Of a stretch of 64,000 bases of DNA, positions 1-7,830 are shown piece by piece. The position numbers and the translations under genes are program-made. This DNA comes from Vulcanimicrobiota bacterium. Its GTDB lineage: Bacteria; Vulcanimicrobiota; Vulcanimicrobiia; Vulcanimicrobiales; Vulcanimicrobiaceae. Location of the stretch: contig CAWAXX010000017.1 of assembly GCA_963786105.1 (NCBI GenBank), positions 32,001 through 96,000 of the forward strand, read 5' to 3'. Each line of letters starts with the position of its first letter. Position 1 is the first letter of the stretch. The notes beneath the pieces are model-generated. The model was not told where the DNA came from and did not search any database. It was given only the letters and a program-made list of their open reading frames with translations.

Positions 1-25
1 CTTCGAACCGCTTCGCGACCGCGAA

Positions 26-1417
26 GTGCGGATATACGTTTGCGGCATGACGCCTTCCGCGCGAGCGCACCTCGGCCACGCGCGTTCGTTTTTGTTTTTC
101 GACGTCTTGCGGCGTTATCTGACGCACCTCGGCTATCGGGTCACGTACGTTCAAAACGTCACCGACATCGACGATCGCAGCATCAAAGCGGCCAAGGAAA
201 CCGGCGAGAGCTACCGTGCGATCATCGACCGCCACTACGGCGAGTTCAAAGCATCGATGCGTAAGCTCGGCGTGCTCGAATACGATAGCGAGCCGTATGC
301 GACCGCGTTCGTTCCTGCGATCCAGGAAATGATTCGCAAGCTGATCGCCGCGGGCAACGCGTACGTTTCCAACGACGGCATCTACTATCGCGTCGCATCG
401 TTTGCAAACTACGGACGCCTGGCCAATCGCAATATTGACGAGCTGGAAGCCGGTGCGCGCATCGAGATCGACGAACAAAAGGAAGATCCGCTCGACTTCG
501 CGCTGTGGAAGTTTGCCAAACCCGACGAGCCGAAGTGGCCGTTCGAGCCGTACGGCAACGGCCGCCCGGGATGGCATATCGAATGCTCGGCAATGGCGCA
601 CGCGCTGCTCGATCCGGAGGGCGAGGGTTTCGACATCCACGGGGGCGGAGCGGATCTCATCTTTCCGCATCACGAAAACGAAATCGCGCAAAGCGAGCCG
701 CTCATGACCCAGCCGCCGATGGCGAACTTTTGGGTTCACGGCGGATTGCTGCTTTTCGATAACAAGAAGATGTCGAAATCGTTGGGGAATTACGAGCCGC
801 TCTCCGACCTTCTCGAACGCCACGATCCGCAAGCGATTCGCTTGTCGATGTTGCAGACGAGCTACGCTAAAGTGAAGAATTTCACCGACGAGTCGGTTGC
901 GGGCGCCGCGGTGGCGCTGCGGCAACTCAAGAAAGCGTATCGCACGCTGCACGCCCGTTCTAAGCCGGTCGAGACCGGCCTCGGCAAAACCGGATACGCC
1001 GGGCGCGTCGAAGCCGAACTCAACGCGGATATGAACACGGCGGCCGCGTTGGCCGTCATGCTGGAGTTCGCCGGGAAAGCCGACGAGGTCGCCGAACGAG
1101 CGGGCGCAGGAGAGACGCTCTACGAGTACTCGTATCTGCTCGCCATGCTCGGTCTCGTGCCGAACGGCGAATGGCTCGACGAACCGAAACTTTCGCTGCC
1201 TGCCGATTTCCTCGAACGATTGAGCTCCACACTGCACGAGCGCTTCGACGGCGCGACGCCGGAAGCAGCCATCGAACGCGTCATCGCGATGCGGCACGAA
1301 GCGCGTGCACGCAAGGATTGGGCGGCATCGGACCGGCTGCGCGACGCGTTGCTGGAATGCGGCGTTGCGCTGAAAGACTCGAAGGAAGGCAGCTCGTGGA
1401 GCGTCGCGGCCGACTGA
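26..1417 (+). CDS. cysS: cysteine--tRNA ligase (true start probably upstream of the window)
   Basis: YVCGMT, HLGH (HIGH motif), DFALWK, GRPGWHIECSAM, DIHGGGADLIFPHHENE, KMSKS. Confidence 0.97.
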   Translation: MRIYVCGMTPSARAHLGHARSFLFFDVLRRYLTHLGYRVTYVQNVTDIDDRSIKAAKETGESYRAIIDRHYGEFKASMRKLGVLEYDSEPYATAFVPAIQEMIRKLIAAGNAYVSNDGIYYRVASFANYGRLANRNIDELEAGARIEIDEQKEDPLDFALWKFAKPDEPKWPFEPYGNGRPGWHIECSAMAHALLDPEGEGFDIHGGGADLIFPHHENEIAQSEPLMTQPPMANFWVHGGLLLFDNKKMSKSLGNYEPLSDLLERHDPQAIRLSMLQTSYAKVKNFTDESVAGAAVALRQLKKAYRTLHARSKPVETGLGKTGYAGRVEAELNADMNTAAALAVMLEFAGKADEVAERAGAGETLYEYSYLLAMLGLVPNGEWLDEPKLSLPADFLERLSSTLHERFDGATPEAAIERVIAMRHEARARKDWAASDRLRDALLECGVALKDSKEGSSWSVAAD

Positions 1418-2163
1418 ACGCGCTCGATTTCGACGACGTCGTCTACGGCATCCACGCAACCGCAGAAGCCCTCGCCGGCGGCGAGCGGTTGCGGGCGATT
1501 CACGTCGCTGCCGACCGCAAGCGAGACGCGGCGCTGCGCGATCTGCTCGGACGCGCGAAGGATACGAACGTCCCGGTGCGCTTCGAGGACCGCGCGTTTT
1601 TTGCCAGGCTGCCGTTCAAGGCGCATCAAGGGGTGGTGGCGATCGCTCCTCCGTTCGCCTACGTCTCGTTGCACGACGTGCTCGGCGCGCGCCCTCGCGG
1701 TGAAAAGCGCCTATATGTCGTGCTCGATCACCTGACCGACCCGCATAACGTGGGTGCGATCGTGCGTACCGCCGAGTGCGCGGGCGCGGATGCGATCGTT
1801 CTTCCGGACCGGCGCTCGGCCGGCATCAATGCGACCGTACGCAAGTCGGCCGCCGGCGCGGCCGCTCACTTGCCCATCGCGCGCGTCGCCAACCTCGCCG
1901 ATGCCATTCGCGTGATGAAAAAAGCCGGCGTATGGATCGTCGGAGCCGACTCTGCGCCGCCGGCTGTAGAAATGACTCGGGCCGATCTCAACCGGGATCT
2001 CGCTTTAGTCGTCGGCGCCGAGGGCGCGGGCCTATCGCAACTAGTCAAGCGCGAGTGCGACTACCTCGCTCGCATTCCAATGCGCGGTGAAGTGGCGTCG
2101 CTGAACGCTTCGGTGGCTGCGGGCGTGCTGTTGTACGAAGCGCTGCGCCAGCGGCAGGGATAA
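1396..2163 (+). CDS. rlmB: 23S rRNA Gm2251 2'-O-methyltransferase (SpoU/TrmH family)
   Basis: HQGVVA, DPHNVGAIVRTA, GAEGAGL, IPMRGEVASLNASVA; GTG start at 1396 preceded by GAAGGAAGG; follows cysS. Confidence 0.92.
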   Translation: MERRGRLNALDFDDVVYGIHATAEALAGGERLRAIHVAADRKRDAALRDLLGRAKDTNVPVRFEDRAFFARLPFKAHQGVVAIAPPFAYVSLHDVLGARPRGEKRLYVVLDHLTDPHNVGAIVRTAECAGADAIVLPDRRSAGINATVRKSAAGAAAHLPIARVANLADAIRVMKKAGVWIVGADSAPPAVEMTRADLNRDLALVVGAEGAGLSQLVKRECDYLARIPMRGEVASLNASVAAGVLLYEALRQRQG

Positions 2164-2258
2164 CCTCTTTCGAAGGCGCCTCGTAAAGGCGCCTCGTTCG
2201 GAGAGCGGAATACGCTGCTTTCGGGTACGCTTGCCTGTAACGGAGGCTACGGTGCTGG

Positions 2259-3197
2259 ATGAAAACCAAGAAGAAAACTAAGGACGATACCAAAGCGGCC
2301 AACGGCAAACCCGTGGTCGCGAAGCCGCATTACGTCGAAGGCGACCCGGCTGAAAAAGTGCAGTTCTTCGATGCTAAGCTGATTTTGAAACCCGACTTCT
2401 TCGATTCGATGCGGGGCTTCAAGATGTTCAGTGACCTGGTTGCGGAAGCCGTCGGCAGGGTCCGCGGGGTTACGTACGAGCAGTTCAACCTCACCAAAGC
2501 GCGCCCGCGAATTCGAGAAGTGATGTTCGTCGATACCGCCGACTTCCGGCTTTACAACAACTCGTTCATCCTGCGTAGGCGGACCGAGTATCAGGATGGA
2601 TTTCCGATCGGCGATCCCGAGATCGTCTTCAAGTATCGGAGTAACGATCTGGAGACGACGCGGGCGGTCGACGTGCGGCCGCAGATCGCCGGACCGTATC
2701 GCATCAAGTTCAAGATGGAAGGCCTTCCGCTGAAGGACCAAGTCGGCAGCTATCGCTTGCTGTACGCGCACAACTGCATCTTCCCGGTAAGTTCGGTGCA
2801 CGCGGGAGACCGAACGAATCTAAAAACGATCGCAAAGGCGCTTCCGGCGATTGCCGGGCTGATCGGCGAGATGGAAGGCAAGGTCGAGTTGGTCAATTCG
2901 ACGCTCGTCGAGGAAGTGCTGCTGGATCTGGGCATGATCGATTTCGGCAAAGGGATGGTAGCGAAGGCGAACATCTCGTTGTGGCGCTCTCTCGGCGACC
3001 ATAAGGTCATGTGCGGAGAGTTCGCGTATCAGACGCGTTTCGAGCGCGGAGACGAGGTCGACGCGTTGGTTAGACAGCGCGTTGAGGAACTGTTTATCAA
3101 GCTTCAGCAAATCGCATCCGGCTGGTTACTCCTGGGTACGACCAAGACCGGGCTCGTTTATCGTCTGAAAGGAAATCCGCCGCAAAGCCATGAGTGA
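2259..3197 (+). CDS. CYTH/VTC-like (triphosphate tunnel fold) hypothetical protein
   Basis: FVDTADFRLYNNSFILRRR...IVFKYR resembles the CYTH YxDT...LRxR...K signature; overlaps next gene. Confidence 0.55.
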   Translation: MKTKKKTKDDTKAANGKPVVAKPHYVEGDPAEKVQFFDAKLILKPDFFDSMRGFKMFSDLVAEAVGRVRGVTYEQFNLTKARPRIREVMFVDTADFRLYNNSFILRRRTEYQDGFPIGDPEIVFKYRSNDLETTRAVDVRPQIAGPYRIKFKMEGLPLKDQVGSYRLLYAHNCIFPVSSVHAGDRTNLKTIAKALPAIAGLIGEMEGKVELVNSTLVEEVLLDLGMIDFGKGMVAKANISLWRSLGDHKVMCGEFAYQTRFERGDEVDALVRQRVEELFIKLQQIASGWLLLGTTKTGLVYRLKGNPPQSHE

Positions 3198-3810
3198 AAC
3201 CGTCGCCGCACAGCCGGCCGTCGCGGCGTCAAGGCCCAAAATCTCGTTGAGCGAGATGTTCTTAACGTTCCTGCAAATCGGCGCGACGAGCTTCGGTGGT
3301 GGAGTCGTCGCGTATTTGCGAAGCGCGCTGGTCGGAAAGAAGAAGTGGCTCGACGACGTCGAGTTTCTCGAGTTGATGTCGATTAGCAACACGCTTCCCG
3401 GCTTGAATGCGACGAATATGGCGATCTTAGCCGGTGACCGCCTCTGTGGAACCGTCGGTTCGGTCGCCGCGATGCTGGGGATGTGTTTGCCGGCCTTCAT
3501 CTTCATGACCGCGGCGGGAATCGCATACGACAGCTCGAGCGGCGGTCGACCGCTGGTGACCGCCGCGCTTCGCGGCGTTGCCGCGGCGGCAGTCGGTCTT
3601 ATTGCGGCGACGTGGTATCAGATTGGAAAGAAGTCGGTCAAAGGATTTTACGACGCGTTCTTCATCCTCGCTGCGGTGCTGGGCGTGAACCACTTTAAAT
3701 TCTCGGTTCCGGCAGTCCTGATCGCGGTAGGCGCGGTAGCGATCTTTGCGTACCGCCCGCGGAAGCCCGAAAAGGAGGACACCGAACAGTGGATCAGTTC
3801 TCTGCGCTAG
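3190..3810 (+). CDS. short-chain chromate transporter (CHR family), subunit 1
   Basis: FLQIGATSFGGG, SNTLPGLN, LPAF; hydrophobic. Confidence 0.9.
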   Translation: MSETVAAQPAVAASRPKISLSEMFLTFLQIGATSFGGGVVAYLRSALVGKKKWLDDVEFLELMSISNTLPGLNATNMAILAGDRLCGTVGSVAAMLGMCLPAFIFMTAAGIAYDSSSGGRPLVTAALRGVAAAAVGLIAATWYQIGKKSVKGFYDAFFILAAVLGVNHFKFSVPAVLIAVGAVAIFAYRPRKPEKEDTEQWISSLR

Positions 3811-4310
3811 CCGGCGTCTTCTCGTACCTGTCGCTGCTGACGGTCGGTGGCGGCATGGCCGCGTGGCCGGAAATGAAAACGCTCGTCGTCGCCACCCACC
3901 ATTGGATGACCGAGGCCCAGCTCGTCCACGTCTATTCGGTCGGGCAGATGTCGCCGGGGCCAAACATGATGATGGTCGCCGCCGTCGGTGTGAAGGTGGC
4001 GTGGATTCCGGGCGCGCTGATCGCGGCGCTGGCGTTCTTTTTGCCGACCGGCATCCTGACGTTCGCGGTCGGGCGGTTATGGACGAGGCTGGCCAACTGG
4101 CCGTGGCGCGAATCGATTCAACGCGGGCTAGGTCCGGTAGCAATTGGCTTGGCGGTTGCCGGCCTCCTGAGCTTCGGCCGCGGCTCGATCACGGGCTGGG
4201 TGACCTTGACGGTGGCGCTGGCCGTGTTTTTCACGACCATCCGCACGAAAATCAACCCGGCCGTGCTCATTCTCGGCGGCGCGGTGGTCGGCGTCGTTGC
4301 CCTCCGGTAA
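3789..4310 (+). CDS. short-chain chromate transporter (CHR family), subunit 2
   Basis: LSLLTVGGG, GQMSPGPN; paired with previous gene. Confidence 0.9.
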   Translation: MDQFSALAGVFSYLSLLTVGGGMAAWPEMKTLVVATHHWMTEAQLVHVYSVGQMSPGPNMMMVAAVGVKVAWIPGALIAALAFFLPTGILTFAVGRLWTRLANWPWRESIQRGLGPVAIGLAVAGLLSFGRGSITGWVTLTVALAVFFTTIRTKINPAVLILGGAVVGVVALR

Positions 4311-4364
4311 CCCGGAGCGGCGGACCGAGCTTCCGCCTGCCGGACCCGGCCGCTCGTAACGTCC

Positions 4365-4393
4365 TTGACGCTGGAGGGGTGCCCTCCTATACT
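4365..4393 (+). promoter_or_regulatory. sigma-A/70-type promoter of sigH with a palindrome in the spacer
   Basis: TTGACG-17 bp-TATACT; spacer contains GGAGGG-GTG-CCCTCC. Confidence 0.75.
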
Positions 4394-4467
4394 TACGTGG
4401 ATGTGCCGCGCCCGATGGGCTACGGCCCGCGCATGCGGCACACGCACCCAAAAGGCAGACAGCGACT

Positions 4468-5115
4468 ATGGCAATGACCCATCCCGTGACGGATGGTCTG
4501 GAGTACCACGAGCGGGCCGACGAAGAGCTCGTGGCCATCGCGAAAACCGGCGACAACCTCGCGATGGAATACCTTCTCAACAAATATAAAAACTTCGTCC
4601 GTATTAAGGCGAAGAGCTATTTCTTAATCGGCGCCGACCGCGAAGACATCATTCAAGAAGGGATGATCGGCTTGTACAAAGCCGTCCGCGACTTCAAAGC
4701 CGACAAGCTCTCGAGCTTTCGGGCGTTTGCCGAGTTGTGCATAACCCGGCAAATCATCACCGCGATCAAGACCGCGACCCGTCAAAAGCACATTCCGCTC
4801 AACCAATACATCTCGCTCAACAAGCCCATTTACGACGAGGACAGCGAACGCACGCTGCTCGACGTCATGGCGTCGCAGAAAACCTCGGATCCCGAGGAGC
4901 TGGTGGTTACGCAAGAGGTTTCCGACGACATCCGGCAACGGATTCGTCAAAATCTCTCCGAGCTCGAGTCGCAAGTTCTCGAGTCGTATCTGGAAGGCAA
5001 GAGCTACCAGGAGATGGCGCGCGACCTCGGCCGTCACGTGAAGTCGATCGATAACGCGCTGCAGCGCGTGAAGCGGAAGATAGAAAAGAATCTCGCCGAG
5101 TTCGAATTCCAGTAG
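4468..5115 (+). CDS. sigH: RNA polymerase sigma factor SigH (Firmicutes sigma-H type)
   Basis: KAKSYFLIGADREDIIQEGMIGLYKA, FAELCITRQIITAIKTATRQKHIPLN, KSIDNALQRVKRK; cysS-rlmB-sigH synteny. Confidence 0.93.
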   Translation: MAMTHPVTDGLEYHERADEELVAIAKTGDNLAMEYLLNKYKNFVRIKAKSYFLIGADREDIIQEGMIGLYKAVRDFKADKLSSFRAFAELCITRQIITAIKTATRQKHIPLNQYISLNKPIYDEDSERTLLDVMASQKTSDPEELVVTQEVSDDIRQRIRQNLSELESQVLESYLEGKSYQEMARDLGRHVKSIDNALQRVKRKIEKNLAEFEFQ

Positions 5116-5212
5116 GTTTTGATTCGTCCAGCTCTTCGTCGACTCGGGTCTCATTTACCGTAGTAAACTTCGACCCTCGTCTTCTCGATCTGAACGGAAT
5201 CAAAGCCTACTG
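5110..5212. repeat. 103-bp imperfect hairpin with terminal inverted repeats between convergent genes
   Basis: CAGTAGGTTTTGATTC (5110-5125) vs GAATCAAAGCCTACTG (5197-5212), 15/16 complementary; inner GGGTC/GACCC and TTTAC/GTAAA. Confidence 0.7.
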
Positions 5213-5545
5213 TGCGGATGTTCCGAGCAGTTCTAGGATCTTAGCGTAGAGAGCGTCTTTGTCGGCGACCGGGTCGACGACGAAGACGTGCGTTTCACCG
5301 TGCTCGGGCTCGACGGCCACGGTCACGCGACCTCGTGCGCAGACGTCCATGCAACTCGTATTTATCGCGCGAATCGCGCCCCATCGCTCGTCGGCTTTCA
5401 GTCTTGCCTTGAGCCAATCGCGCAAATGAAAATCTCCGAACCGCGCCGCAGCGGCCGGATCTTCTTCGGGGATGCGCTCTTTCGAGCAGCGCTCGCAAAC
5501 GAGGACGAGGCCTTTCGCGAGCCATTTTGGCGTAACGTCTTGCAT
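5207..5545 (-). CDS. thioredoxin-like [2Fe-2S] ferredoxin domain protein
   Basis: LVCERC ... TSCMDVC cysteine pattern; directly downstream of tRNA-Thr(UGU). Confidence 0.65.
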   Translation of the reverse strand: MQDVTPKWLAKGLVLVCERCSKERIPEEDPAAAARFGDFHLRDWLKARLKADERWGAIRAINTSCMDVCARGRVTVAVEPEHGETHVFVVDPVADKDALYAKILELLGTSAQ

Positions 5546-5567
5546 GGTTTGTTTAGAGGGTTTTCCG

Positions 5568-5649
5568 AGCCGACGGCCGGATTCGAACCGGCGATGCCTT
5601 TCGGACGTGATTACAAATCACGCGCCTTCAACCGCTCAGCCACGTCGGC
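5568..5649 (-). tRNA. tRNA-Thr(UGU) with long variable arm; CCA not encoded
   Basis: GCCGACG-TG-GCT GAGCGGTTGAA GGC-G-CGTGA TTTGTAA TCACG-TCCGAAAGGCATC-GCCGG TTCGAAT CCGGC-CGTCGGC-T. Confidence 0.9.
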
Positions 5650-5729
5650 AGGATCGTCGGTGATAACCGGTTGCAGACCGCCTGAGTTTCAACGACACCT
5701 CGGACGACCCTTCGAAGGCCGTTGCTGCA

Positions 5730-6176
5730 ATGATTGAAATCCAGCGCGCGACCATCGAGCACCTCGACGCACTCTTGCCCATGGTCCAGGCGTATCGTGT
5801 CTTTTACAAGCAAGTTCCGGATGCGCGGCGCGAGCGGGACCTGATCGCCGAGCACGTGCGCCACGGCAGGTCGACGATCTTTCTGGCGCGCGACGAACGC
5901 GGGGTTCCGGTCGGGTTCGCGCAGCTCTTTCTAACGTACAGCACCGTTTGTCTCGGGCCGCAGCTCATTCTGGAAGACTTGTTCGTCGTGCCGCAAGCGC
6001 GGCGCCGCGGCGTAGCAACGAAGCTGCTGAGTCGTGCAATCGAGTATTCGCGCGAAATCGGGGCGACCGGAATGTACCTCGAGACGGCAATAGACAACGT
6101 GGCGGCACAGCGCGCGTACGAGCGGGCAGGTTGGTCGCGAGAGGCCAAATTTTATAAGTATAACGCGCCCGCGTAG
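5730..6176 (+). CDS. GNAT family N-acetyltransferase
   Basis: LEDLFVVPQARRRGVATKLL, NVAAQRAYERAGW. Confidence 0.9.
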   Translation: MIEIQRATIEHLDALLPMVQAYRVFYKQVPDARRERDLIAEHVRHGRSTIFLARDERGVPVGFAQLFLTYSTVCLGPQLILEDLFVVPQARRRGVATKLLSRAIEYSREIGATGMYLETAIDNVAAQRAYERAGWSREAKFYKYNAPA

Positions 6177-6194
6177 GAGAGTCGCGTTTTCGGA

Positions 6195-7358
6195 CTACGT
6201 CACAACGGTCCAGTCGACCAAACGGTATTGTGCTCCGGTGCTCGTGATCGTCAGAACCCCGCTGCCGAATGCGTCGGAGAAGAGGTTGGCGACGTGCGTT
6301 TTTCCGTTGGTGAGCAGGCCGCTGACGGCAAGTGTCCCGGTTCGATTCCTTAGGTTCTTGCTGCTCGCGAGATCGAGCGTGAAGCCTCCTGAAAACGAAG
6401 CACGGAATACCGTCAAACTCGAGAGTCTACCGTGTCGATACACGGCGCGGATGGGAATCGTGAACGCGCTTGCCGCCGTGGCTCCGGCGAGTGCGTATGC
6501 CGTCGCGGCGTTGGCACAGGCTTTTCGCGGCGCGCCGGCAAGGAACGAGAGCGAACCGATGGGTCCGGCCACGGCGCTGCCGATTCGCGTCGTCGACACG
6601 GTTACTCCGCCGCTCCGATCGTCGCGACGGATCGACCTCGGCGAATCGACCGTAGTCCCTTGCCAGCCGAACGTCGCATCGAGAGACGGGATGCCGGTGG
6701 CGTCGTATCCGGCAGAGCCGGCGCACAAGGAGTTACCGTCGTCCCCCCTGGCCGGCATCATCACGATTTGCGAACTGGAGATGCTGCGTCTTTGGTTTGA
6801 AACCAGCAGTTGGCGTGTCGTAGCCCGTGCGAAGCCGTCGCGGACGATCGGAAAGCCGAGCGCGTCGAACTTGGCGCCGGTAATCCGCGAGCTCTCAAGG
6901 CGAAGGGCGAGCGGCGCCGCGGTGTTACGCGCGTAAATCGAAACGGCCACGGCCTCGCTTTCGGTTCCAGTCCCGAGGGGCGCGAACGTGCGAACGGTGT
7001 CGCGGGCCAGCTGCGTGCAGCCGGCGTCGAAAAACTCTCGCGTCTCCGTGGATCTAGGGTCGCCGGTGCGGCTGGGGGCAAGAAATTCGGCACCCTCTCG
7101 GCAGTCGCGGCCCATCGCATTGCTCCCGCCGGCGTCGGCGAGTTCTTTTACCAGGGAGCCGACTGAATCTACCGCGCCGATGGCCGCGGCGGCATACTGC
7201 GAGCCGGTCGGCCGGTGCGCCACGATGGCGGCCGCGTCGTCGACCGTCTCCAAACCGTTGCCGCTCGTCGAAAAGCCCGAGTAGCCGCCCCGGCTGCTAC
7301 AGCCGGCAAGCGCAAAAGCGCATACGGCTACAATGGCAAAAAATCGGGATCGGGCCAT
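6195..7358 (-). CDS. hypothetical lipoprotein
   Basis: signal peptide with LAGC lipobox; 387 aa. Confidence 0.7.
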   Translation of the reverse strand: MARSRFFAIVAVCAFALAGCSSRGGYSGFSTSGNGLETVDDAAAIVAHRPTGSQYAAAAIGAVDSVGSLVKELADAGGSNAMGRDCREGAEFLAPSRTGDPRSTETREFFDAGCTQLARDTVRTFAPLGTGTESEAVAVSIYARNTAAPLALRLESSRITGAKFDALGFPIVRDGFARATTRQLLVSNQRRSISSSQIVMMPARGDDGNSLCAGSAGYDATGIPSLDATFGWQGTTVDSPRSIRRDDRSGGVTVSTTRIGSAVAGPIGSLSFLAGAPRKACANAATAYALAGATAASAFTIPIRAVYRHGRLSSLTVFRASFSGGFTLDLASSKNLRNRTGTLAVSGLLTNGKTHVANLFSDAFGSGVLTITSTGAQYRLVDWTVVT

Positions 7359-7515
7359 ACGAGTCTCTCCTGACCGCGGTCTACCGGGATTCCGTTACTT
7401 GCTATGGTAGGTGAAAGTGATGAAGGCCGCCTGAAAAGGACGTGAGAGGAGTGCGATTTCGCCGCTTGCCGAGGACTAGACCCGCGCGGTATCGTACCCT
7501 GGTCTGCCGATTTGT

Positions 7516-7603
7516 GGGTAGGTGGCCGAGCGGTTAATGGCACCAGGCTGTAAACTTGGCGCGCGAAAGCGCTACGCTGGTTCGAATCCAGCCCTGCCCA
7601 CCA
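7516..7603 (+). tRNA. tRNA-Tyr(GUA)
   Basis: GGGTAGG/CCTGCCC acceptor, CCAGG CTGTAAA CTTGG, long V-arm GCGC-GAAA-GCGC, A73, CCA. Confidence 0.97.
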
Positions 7604-7610
7604 TTTCTTC

Positions 7611-7684
7611 GCGGGCGTTGCATAGTGGTAATGCCCTTGCCTTCCAAGCAAGAGTCGCGGGTTCGATTCCCGCCGCCCGCTCCA
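7611..7684 (+). tRNA. tRNA-Gly(UCC)
   Basis: GCGGGCG acceptor, CTTGC CTTCCAA GCAAG, GTTCGATT, U73, CCA. Confidence 0.97.
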
Positions 7685-7830
7685 CCAAACCCCTGATTTC
7701 ATGCGGGATTGCGCGTCAACGATGCGTCCGCGGTTGCCATTCGGTCGCATATCGCGGTACTTCTTGGGTGGGGCATGACGCCCGGCGCAGCGATGGTCAC
7801 ATTTGGTCGCAATCGTGGGAGTCCGTTACG

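Noticed and set aside
2164..2205. Tandem AAGGCGCCTCGT repeat after rlmB
   Set aside because: Only two copies and explainable as a terminator-like hairpin.
5568..5649. Reading the unusual tRNA as tRNA-Tyr (GTA is present in the loop)
   Set aside because: The 5-bp stem CGTGA/TCACG fixes a 7-nt loop with TGT centred; U73 and the GCC acceptor are Thr-like.
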